Of a stretch of 64,000 nt of DNA, positions 55,745-64,000 are shown piece after piece; within the stretch, counting starts at the first letter, position 1; each line of letters begins with the position of its first letter. A program made the translations under genes and the position numbers. The notes beneath the pieces were generated by a model that saw only the letters and a list, made by a program, of their open reading frames with translations, did not search any database and had not been told where the DNA came from. The DNA comes from Auanema rhodensis (Eukaryota > Animalia > Nematoda). The stretch is from the NCBI GenBank assembly GCA_964057225.1, contig OZ059899.1:19840001-19904000 (forward strand), given 5' to 3'.

Positions 55745-57871
55745 ATGCTAGTCAATGCTGTAAACAAAGCACTAGCTCCTTTCGCGCGCACAAACGAGAG
55801 ACGAGATAACCGAAATTTCGATCGTAATTATCCACGTGATAACCAAAACAATAAAAATTATCATAATTATCAAAATTATCAGAAAAATAAAAACTTTTCA
55901 AAATATAATAACAACCAAAATCGTAACGGCTCTTTTGCTACTTATCGCCGTAACAATAATTATGAACGAAATTCGGGACGATTTAATAACAACTGGCATT
56001 CAAACAATTTTAATCCTTCAAACAATAATAGAAGAGGAAGGACTAATGAACATAACGGACAAAGAAGAGTCCATTTTAACAATCAAAGAGATCAATCAAG
56101 AGGACGAGATAGAAGCACATCACGAATTAACTCTGTGACCCTTTCACCGTTATCACTAACGGTTGTAATGGCAATCACAGTAGCAATTTTCCTGCCATGT
56201 GTAACTTCATATCAAATTTGCACAAAAGCAACTGGAGGAGCCTTATTAGTTCCACCAGTAGTAAAGAAATGTAAATTAACAGAAACAAATCATGTGCTAC
56301 GTACACAAATCCATCTATACACGCGAAACCACACGGCACACGAGTGGGACGCGTGGCGCTGCTCGAAGGAAGTACACAAGCTGTGTGTACGCGATTTGTT
56401 ATTCCTCCGCGACACAAACAGAACAATCGATAGGGTGCAGCCTATAGCGGCGCACGAGTGCAGGCAGGCGATTCGCGATCGCAAATGGAATAACATGGAG
56501 CTGGAGAGAATCGATAGTATAGCACAAGCAACCCCAGAGCCCTCCTATGATCCGGCGCGCGCGTTTAGCCGCGACGAGTGCGAGGAGCGGCCGCGTTTAG
56601 TACTAGAGCGCGGAGTCATGACCCGCATGCCCGATGATACAATATTATCCAATTTAATACTAAACACTGAAGGTTGTAGTGCTCATCATGGTAATTGCAA
56701 ATCAAATACATCAATAATTATATGGGATACCCAAACATCGGATTCCCGTTGTAATTATATCGATATGCATTACTACGATGCTATAATAAGCAAAGAAACC
56801 ATTCTGATTCCAAGTACACAATCAGCGCTTATCCTTTCGAGTAAAATAACACCAAAACCAATTGCATCCTGCTTTAGACAACCAGCATTCCATACAACAT
56901 CAGGAAATTATATAACATTCCCCAAATATCCTAATGATAACAATATCACACTCCTAATTGAACGAGAATTTAAGAAATTGCCGTTCAAAAGACCTAAACG
57001 CGCAACTTCTACAAAATGCTCATTCCCATTCGATCAGGATAGAATAAATGATGTTGAAGATTTTGAAACGTACACGCTTCGAATTTGCCCATATCCATTT
57101 TTAAGACCACTTATGAGTAATCCAGGAATTACACAAATTATTCCTCTAATTAAAGGAAGACGTATGGTAGACCCTACATATTCCTTGAAAGAATGGATAA
57201 TAGCCCATCGTGAAAATTTTGAAATTTTCTTTAAAATTCAAATTTATGAGAAATCTTTAAGACATTTTCTCAAACAATATGATTTTCGTGATAAAGACGA
57301 AGCCATTTTACAATATGTTGCTCAAAGAGAATTAGCTTTAGCTACTAAAGCTGGAATATCTTATTTAACATCCAGGCAACTTCTTCAACAAATATCAGAT
57401 CGTTTGACCGTTATTGAATTTGATCGGTTAATTCGTACAAAAGAAGGCACTTATCGAGAGCGTGCTGAAACTATTGCTCTTGATTTAGCCAATACACCAG
57501 TTATAATTGAAGAAAAATTAACAGTTCCATCAAGACAAGAAATATTAAAAGCATTCGTAAAAATGCCACCAATAAGGAAACAATTATTAACTGATCAAGA
57601 AGAAAGAAACAGCAAATTTATAAAAGATACAATTGACCTTGTACATGAGCTAAAAACTCTCGTTACGCTTAGAAGAAATAAAACAGCAGCTGATATTGAT
57701 GACATAAAATTTATAAACCTTCATCTTCACGAATGTTTGTACTTGATACTGATAAATTGTTCTATGACATCAAGAATAATTTTGGAATACCAATTGGACC
57801 ACATCCCAAGCTCAAAGAGCCCAACAACATCTCTAAGGACTTATTATTGGAAATATTTTTACCACTACTAA
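55745..57871 (+). CDS. env: Gag C-terminus (second copy) fused to envelope glycoprotein N-terminal part: signal peptide ~56138-56209, Cys-rich ectodomain, furin site RPKR (56990-57001)
   Basis: Hydrophobic TLSPLSLTVVMAITVAIFLPCVTS followed by YQIC; Cys pattern AWRCSKEVHKLC...ECRQAI...GCSAHHGNC...IIWD; several NxS/T sequons. The last ~55 codons are probably out of frame. Confidence 0.75.
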   Translation: MLVNAVNKALAPFARTNERRDNRNFDRNYPRDNQNNKNYHNYQNYQKNKNFSKYNNNQNRNGSFATYRRNNNYERNSGRFNNNWHSNNFNPSNNNRRGRTNEHNGQRRVHFNNQRDQSRGRDRSTSRINSVTLSPLSLTVVMAITVAIFLPCVTSYQICTKATGGALLVPPVVKKCKLTETNHVLRTQIHLYTRNHTAHEWDAWRCSKEVHKLCVRDLLFLRDTNRTIDRVQPIAAHECRQAIRDRKWNNMELERIDSIAQATPEPSYDPARAFSRDECEERPRLVLERGVMTRMPDDTILSNLILNTEGCSAHHGNCKSNTSIIIWDTQTSDSRCNYIDMHYYDAIISKETILIPSTQSALILSSKITPKPIASCFRQPAFHTTSGNYITFPKYPNDNNITLLIEREFKKLPFKRPKRATSTKCSFPFDQDRINDVEDFETYTLRICPYPFLRPLMSNPGITQIIPLIKGRRMVDPTYSLKEWIIAHRENFEIFFKIQIYEKSLRHFLKQYDFRDKDEAILQYVAQRELALATKAGISYLTSRQLLQQISDRLTVIEFDRLIRTKEGTYRERAETIALDLANTPVIIEEKLTVPSRQEILKAFVKMPPIRKQLLTDQEERNSKFIKDTIDLVHELKTLVTLRRNKTAADIDDIKFINLHLHECLYLILINCSMTSRIILEYQLDHIPSSKSPTTSLRTYYWKYFYHY

Positions 57872-58470
57872 ACGATAATATTTTGCCTAATACATCTAGT
57901 AGAATATCATCAGAACAGTTAAAAAGATTAATGACAGAGAAAATCCAACTTAAATCGTTGCAAACCACGACGCGTGCGCCAAGCAACGCGGCAGGCGGCG
58001 CGGCCGAGATGGCAGCCCTCCCTATAATCGATCGTGAGGCGCTCATCACAACAGATCCCGCAATACTGCCGCAAACATCTACAAGCCCTCGGGCAGCCGC
58101 AACAACTACCGCGCGCGCGCCTTCATCGATGGCCCAGCCCGAAACAACGGCGCGCCATACAACCGCAACGACAACCGCGCGCGCAACAATATCGAACCGC
58201 GCGCCGCCAACTACTATACTCTACGCTGTTCATCAAGATCAACAAATTCCAATAATGGAAGAAACAACATATACACCAATATCCTTGATTCGTAAACATA
58301 GAGCATCATCAACGCCTACAGCCACCGATATAGAGTCTGTACAGGCTAATGCTCAATACATTGCCACAAAAATTGACTCCGAACAACAGTTTCGCCAAAA
58401 CATAACAAGCAGAATTGCACAAGATCATTTGCAATATGCTACAACTATGATTCAAGAAGAACTGCAGTAA
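57733..58470 (+). pseudogene. env: Envelope middle fragment with Thr/Ala/Pro-rich mucin-like segment; ends at an in-frame nonsense TAA
   Basis: It is in the -1 frame relative to 55745 (open from 57703) and in the same frame as ORF 58564. Reading through TAA 58468-58470 gives HFKESYESICEIQNRYLELWRSILQIEPTIA-MRTILG. Confidence 0.75.
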
Positions 58471-60588
58471 CATTTTAAAGAGTCATACGAATCAATATGT
58501 GAGATCCAAAATAGGTATCTTGAATTATGGAGATCAATTTTACAAATTGAACCAACAATAGCTATGCGTACAATACTGGGAAGAGAAGATATAGCCGCAA
58601 GATTTGTAGGCAGCGAGATATTACACATACATGTTTGCCCGGTAGTATTACAAAAGACTATATATCACAATCACACTGTGAATGACACATGTTATCTCGA
58701 AACTCCAGTATTAACACAAGAAGGACAATTACTGTTTGCCGCACCAGGATCGAAAGACCTATTACCTCATGGTAAAGAAATTAACTGTGATCACGTACCA
58801 ACAGACGTATGGTCAACAGACGGTGAATGGAAAGGAATTAATGGTACTGTAGACGTCAGTCTCATATCCATGTGGGACGGACTTCATCATGAAAAGATCA
58901 CGCCACTAAAATTCACCGGAGCACACTTATACACCAACTTATCATCTCGAGTGTACTCAATGACAACAGCCATTGCTTATGGTGCTAGTTTAGCATCGAT
59001 TCGTCAAAATCACGTGCTTCACACAATTCATCATGATCCAAAAATATCATCAGCATTCAGCATATTGAAGAAAAGTAGTGATTACATCTCCAAAGCCAAT
59101 GAATTCACCAAAAGTACATGGAATTCTTTTGTCGATACAATAGCAGGAACGATTGAACGAACACTCATCACTATTGGAGCAATTACAATTATTGTAGTTA
59201 TACTGATCGTACTAGCCTTTGTTGCGAAAATATATTTCTTCAAACCAATAGGCATGCAAGTCATGCATATCGAACTCCGAGATCAAACCAACGATCTTCC
59301 CACATATGAAGAAACATTAGAGCTAGTAAGTCAACCTGATCAGCCAATACCAAGGAACATAATGAAACAGTACTATCCATCGTTTCTCACTTTAGTTCCA
59401 CTAGCTATGCCCATAGTTTATTCAGTTTCCAATCGCAAAGACCAAACTCTACCACTGCTATTGATGACTGTTAACGATAGACTAATCCTAACTCTTTGGG
59501 ATTCAGGATCATCGATTAGTTATATCAGACTCTCGACATTACATTACTTAACTTTGAATGATTTTGTAAAAAAGGATAAATCAGTTGCAACGACAGCAAA
59601 CGGATCAGCATTTCGATTTCTGGGAACAATTGATTTAACCGTAGAAATCGCTGGATATGAAATAGATCATACATTCTTCATTTCAAGAGATGAAGACTGT
59701 CCATCACCAGCATTAATTGGATTAGATTTTATGAAAACACTCGACCGTCAAAATATCGGTATGAAACTTCGACCATTCAAACAAACGTTAGAAATCGGAA
59801 ACCGCGTAGTACCGTTAGCCAATGGAAATAACGGGAATATTAGAAAAACATCATTTGTCATTAATTTGATAAACTTAAATCCACAATGTATCTTTCCTCA
59901 TCAGACCTGTAGAATACCAGTAAGGTTAGCTGAACCCATATCACACAACGAAGTCGCCATGCTACAACCCGATGAAGAAAAGACGATATCTACCACCTAC
60001 GAAACAGCATTTCGAGACGTCAATTCAATTACCATGACATTCAAAAACAACACTGATCATCCTATAGATCTATCACCCGGAAACATTATTGACAAAGCAA
60101 AAATAGGCGTACTGCCACAATACGAGATCTTTACGACCGAACACAACCCAGACTATATACCACCTGAAGCGGATTGGGAAAATAAATTACCTCATTTCCC
60201 TCAGGACTTTATGAACGATCTTGATTTAAAAGACGCCGACCTAACTAAAGAACAAAAAGATCTTCTTCAGCTTTGTATTCTCCGTAATAGAGATGCATTT
60301 TTAAATGAGGATAAACAAATAGGACTATTTAAAGGACCTGTAGAGCATTCAATACCTCTAAGAACAGATATGGACATGCCTAGACCGCGTATAACGCGTA
60401 TCCCTATAGGCAAACAAGAAGAAGTCGAAAGACAGGTACAGGAGATGCTGAAGCAAAATATAATTGAACCATCCACATCTCTTTTCAATAGTCCTGTAGT
60501 TTTAGTCAAAAAAAGAGATGAAACATTCCGTTTCGTAACCGATTTCCGTGCTCTAAATAACTCGCAAGCAAACGTACATCATACCTAA
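58471..60588 (+). pseudogene. Envelope C-terminal core and TM (~59161-59241), aspartic protease (DSG at 59500-59508), RT N-terminus; frameshifted at ~60558
   Basis: gB-like CEIQN..LELW...EPT.....LG...AARFVG......C...CY..PV; TM TLITIGAITIIVVILIVLAFVA; LWDSGSSISYI and LIGLDF protease motifs; IIEPSTSLFNSPVVLVKKRDETFRFVTDFRALN RT motif. Confidence 0.9.
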
Positions 60589-60607
60589 CATCTCTGACAT
60601 TGTCGAT

Positions 60608-63136
60608 ATGGCAGCCGGATCACAATATTTTTCTAACTTTGATTTAGTATCCGGATTCTTCCAAATAGCATTAAAGAAATCAGATCGACCATTAACAGCA
60701 TTTACAACAAACACCGGTACTTATCAATATAGAAGGATGCCTATGGGGTTATGTGGAGCGCCACATACCTTTCAAACAGCAGTACGATACCTTCAAAGCC
60801 GATGTAAATGCCGACTCTTTGTTTATTTGGATGATCTACTCGTTATATCAGACACTGCAGAACAACATCTTGACGATATAGCTGAGATTCTCAGAGAAGT
60901 AAAGAAATTAGGCATGAAAATAAAACTCAAGAAATGCGCTTTTGCAAGACCTGAAGTAAAATTTCTTGGTTTAATTGTCGGAAGAGATGGGGTCAAACCA
61001 GATCCACAGAAAGTCTCCGCCATTCAAGACTATCCTGCTCCAAAGTCACCTACAGTAGTAAGAGCATTTTTGGGAATGGTAGGATTCTTTCGGAAATTTA
61101 TTAAGGATTTTGCACACATCGCAAGCCCTTTATACGACCTTACAAAACTTGATGTGGAATTTCAATGGAATGACAAAAGTCAACCAGCTGTTGATACACT
61201 AAAAAGAAAATTGATCCAAGCACCGGTCTTAAAACCACCAAGATCAGACCGTATGTTCATTATAGAAAGTGACGGTAGTAATATCGCAGTGGGAGCAGTG
61301 TTATTACAACCTGAAGATCCCAATGAACCACTCAAAAACTTACATCCAATTGCATTTGCAAGCCGTAAACTTGTAAAAGCAGAACGTAACTATGCTCCTA
61401 TTGAAATAGAAGCGTTAGGACTCGTATACGCTTTAGCTCAGTTTCGAACATATATACTTGGATCACATACAATCTGTATCACAGACCATCGACCATTAAC
61501 AAGCTTATTGACTCGTAGAGACCTTTTTGGAAGACTAGCAAAATTTCAATTAGTCATACAGGAATACGATATCGAGATAAGATACCGAGAAGGCAGACTA
61601 AACAAAGTCTGTGATGCTCTCTCACGATACATTGGAGATGAAGCAAACGATCCTAAACCGGAAAAGAAAAAGAAAACAAAAGAAATTCCGAAAGCTCAAA
61701 TTAATTTCGTTAATGTACCTGACATTAGAGCAATTCAAGAGGATACACCTTGGATAAAGAGAACTATCGCCGAAATAGAATACAGAACGAAAAAGAACAT
61801 GCTTTCTAATGATCGTTATTGTGTTATTGACAACATGTTATACACAAAACCAAGCAGAAAACGACCACACCCAGCTTTGATTTTACCAAGGAAAAGCGAA
61901 CTTATCAACAAGGTTATCGAAGAATTTCACGAAGACCCAGCAATTGGAGCACATCAAGGAATTAACAAAACTAAAGAAGCCATACTACGAAGATTCTGCT
62001 GGACAAATATGCAAACGGACATAGCAATTTTTGTGAAACAATGCGTTAAATGCGCACAAAGGAAGAAAGATCCTCACGCTGTGACCGTTCAGCCTATGGG
62101 TCAATTTGAAATACCATCAAAACCATTTGAGAGAATACATATGGATATTATGGGACCATTCCCTACTTCAAAAAGAAACAACAATTATGTCCTAACAATA
62201 CAAGATTCATTCTCCAAATGGGCGACAACCATCGCTATACCAACAATTGTCACCGATGTCATCATTGATAGATTCCTCAGGAATTTCGTATATATTTTTG
62301 GACCACCAAATCGTTTAATAACCGATCGTGGATCTAATTTTGTATCAAAGAAATTTGAAGAAATGTGTGAAAAACTTGGCATTAAACACGAGCCAACACT
62401 CCCTCATCAGAAAAACTCTAATGGACAAGTCGAAAGACTACACAGAACGCTAGAAGAAAGATTAACACACTATCTCAACCAAGACGTAACTGATTGGGAC
62501 ATGTATTTACCAAAAATTACTTTTGCGTTAAATACAATAACACACGCAACCACAGGAATCTCTCCATACATAGCATTATTCGGAAAAGAAAGTCGTATGA
62601 GATTAGACAAAGAATTATTCCCCGAGACATTACAACCAGAGATCTTGGAAGAAATTGAGAATACCGAATATATCAGAGGAGAAAGAAGAACCATCATTCA
62701 AGAAAATCTTGCAAAACATCAAGAAACCGCGAAGAGAAAACATGATGGACGACAACGAATAGAAGAAAGAGATATCCGAAAAGGAGACCAAGTTATGTTA
62801 GCAATTAAAGCGCATAAACCAGGTCAAAAGCTTCGCAAATCATATGATGGACCATTTGAAGTCATCAACGTTGAAGGAAACATGGTACAACTCAAGAATC
62901 CATTTGGAAAAATTCAAGACGTACACAAAGACAATCTCAAACTTTTTGAACGCAAAATGGAGCATACAATCGCTCAAAACACGCGATCAAATACAACGAT
63001 TTATGACACGGACGACGACAGCGATATTGAGATCATAAAAGTCATAAATGGTAACGATAACTATGACTCTAGTGAAGAAACAGAACCAGAAGACCCATCG
63101 GACCAAAATTGGCTACCACCAAGAAGAAGACGATGA
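60608..63136 (+). CDS. pol: Pol remainder: reverse transcriptase (YLDD 60824-60835), RNase H (~61255-61630), integrase with HHCC, DDE and GPY/F (~61927-62945)
   Basis: FDLVSGFFQI, RMPMGLCGAPHTFQ, YLDD; ESDGSNIAVGAVLLQ, FASRKL..AERNY, ITDHRPL; FH.....AHQG...CVKC, IHMDIMGP, ITDRGSNF, NGQVERLHRTL, YDGPFEV; acidic tail ending PPRRRR. Confidence 0.97.
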   Translation: MAAGSQYFSNFDLVSGFFQIALKKSDRPLTAFTTNTGTYQYRRMPMGLCGAPHTFQTAVRYLQSRCKCRLFVYLDDLLVISDTAEQHLDDIAEILREVKKLGMKIKLKKCAFARPEVKFLGLIVGRDGVKPDPQKVSAIQDYPAPKSPTVVRAFLGMVGFFRKFIKDFAHIASPLYDLTKLDVEFQWNDKSQPAVDTLKRKLIQAPVLKPPRSDRMFIIESDGSNIAVGAVLLQPEDPNEPLKNLHPIAFASRKLVKAERNYAPIEIEALGLVYALAQFRTYILGSHTICITDHRPLTSLLTRRDLFGRLAKFQLVIQEYDIEIRYREGRLNKVCDALSRYIGDEANDPKPEKKKKTKEIPKAQINFVNVPDIRAIQEDTPWIKRTIAEIEYRTKKNMLSNDRYCVIDNMLYTKPSRKRPHPALILPRKSELINKVIEEFHEDPAIGAHQGINKTKEAILRRFCWTNMQTDIAIFVKQCVKCAQRKKDPHAVTVQPMGQFEIPSKPFERIHMDIMGPFPTSKRNNNYVLTIQDSFSKWATTIAIPTIVTDVIIDRFLRNFVYIFGPPNRLITDRGSNFVSKKFEEMCEKLGIKHEPTLPHQKNSNGQVERLHRTLEERLTHYLNQDVTDWDMYLPKITFALNTITHATTGISPYIALFGKESRMRLDKELFPETLQPEILEEIENTEYIRGERRTIIQENLAKHQETAKRKHDGRQRIEERDIRKGDQVMLAIKAHKPGQKLRKSYDGPFEVINVEGNMVQLKNPFGKIQDVHKDNLKLFERKMEHTIAQNTRSNTTIYDTDDDSDIEIIKVINGNDNYDSSEETEPEDPSDQNWLPPRRRR

Positions 63137-63799
63137 AAGAAATAATTTCGAGATTGATAAAATTATTGTAAAACTTTGTATCAACTCTCTTTTAAAAAAC
63201 CAGAGCTATTAATATTATTATATCATTGAAAAACTTGAGTAAGACGAGATGTAAGCTAGTAATGAAAAAGAATTTCAGTTTCAAAGCATATATGATTATA
63301 AAACTTCATCAATTTCAAATAATTTCCCGTAAATAAAGAAGAAATGAAAGATAAGAGACATTATATTGCATATTCATCTGAGCAACAGTCCTTATCAAGT
63401 AGTTAATGATTCAATTCCGGAAATTATATGGGATTTAGTTTAATTTTTTTTATTATTACAATTCGCTTTGAATACGCTGAAGAAACATGCTAGCTCCATC
63501 GATAATATAGCATGACTCTCGTTTCTCTATACTCAAACAAGTTAGACATGCAGCGTCGTGCCTAAAAAGCTATTTTGCGCACTCTCGCTGACAAAATATA
63601 GCCCTGGTATTCTAAAAGATTGTTTTATTCCTTAATATTCATGTATTTTCAAATAATTTTTATTAAATTCTTTTCAGATAATATTGTTTAACATTATATT
63701 GTAATTTATCTTTACTATTTTTATGTTAACATTGTAATTTTTATTTTTTTAAAACTAAACCTTCTGCTACGATTGAAACAAGCCACATACTTTGCTATT

Positions 63800-63833
63800 C
63801 GCGAGGACGCGACATAAACTCGAAAAAATGGCA
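63800..63833 (+). promoter_or_regulatory. Candidate plus-strand priming region (weak polypurine tract GAAAAAATGGCA, preceded by CGCGAGGACGCG)
   Basis: It lies directly upstream of the 3' LTR, but the purine run is short. Confidence 0.45.
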
Positions 63834-64000
63834 CGTTCCATTCGGAAATCAATACGTAGCAGGCGGGTTAGAATCAGACGACATGAGGCTGAGAGAGGAC
63901 GACACGCCCTTCATATGGAACACAGACTTCAGCTTTGCCTTATGGAATGACTATGGATGGTTGGTCTTCCTTTCTTAGCTCTCTTTCACTTTATATCTTT
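63834..64000 (+). repeat. 3' LTR (partial, cut by window end; predicted to end ~170 bp beyond the window)
   Basis: Identical by eye to 51586-51752 over all 167 visible bases. Confidence 0.97.

Larger units (their letters stand above)
54611..57898 (+). repeat. Internal tandem duplication: deleted copy 54611-55740 (1130 bp) followed by full copy 55741-57898 (2158 bp)
   Basis: 54611-55077 matches 55741-56207, and 55082-55742 matches 57240-57900. Duplicate ORFs appear in the track (54706/55836; 55246 and the C-terminus of 55745). Confidence 0.95.
51586..64000 (+). mobile_element. Ty3/Gypsy (Metaviridae-like) LTR retrotransposon / endogenous retrovirus-like element with env between gag and pol; defective copy, 3' end beyond window
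   Basis: Direct terminal repeats at 51586 and 63834, a PBS, a Gag capsid motif, and domain order PR-RT-RH-IN with Gypsy-type motifs (YLDD, GPY/F). Confidence 0.97.

Noticed and set aside
57700-57735. Programmed -1 ribosomal frameshift within env
   Set aside because: AAATTTA is not in the correct phase for a slippery heptamer in the upstream frame. A 1-nt deletion is simpler, though other copies should be checked.
58468-58470. Programmed stop-codon readthrough
   Set aside because: The TAA falls in the middle of the putative fusogen central helix, so a point nonsense mutation (e.g. CAA>TAA) is more parsimonious.
59850-60110. dUTPase between protease and RT
   Set aside because: This beta-rich spacer is reminiscent of a degenerate dUTPase-like fold, but no catalytic motifs are visible.
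53261-63038. Short minus-strand and alternative-frame ORFs overlapping gag/env/pol
   Set aside because: They are shadow ORFs of the coding strand with no motifs.

Overview
Eukaryotic (invertebrate, plausibly nematode) repetitive DNA. Bases 1-51585 are a head-to-tail 351-bp AT-rich satellite array of about 147 monomers. It has local higher-order blocks (2-, 3-, 4-, 5-, 6- and 11-mers) and a subfamily switch near 38-40 kb. The roughly 140 '63-aa ORFs' in the track are an artefact of this monomer. At 51586 the array is interrupted by a Ty3/Gypsy-type LTR retroelement on the + strand, running past the window end. It has a 337-bp 5' LTR with non-canonical CGTTCC...GGAACG termini, a tRNA-Gln primer-binding site, a long leader, and a 3' LTR starting at 63834 that is identical over the 167 bp visible. 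The reconstructed coding region is one polyprotein of about 2900 aa in the unusual order Gag - signal peptide - envelope glycoprotein - TM - protease - RT - RNase H - integrase. By eye the envelope resembles class III viral fusogens (VSV-G-like N-terminal cysteine pattern, herpesvirus gB-like C-terminal core), with a furin site and a long mucin-like insert. This copy is defective: an internal tandem duplication with deletion, two frameshifts and one nonsense codon. All homology calls are from motif recognition, not database searches.
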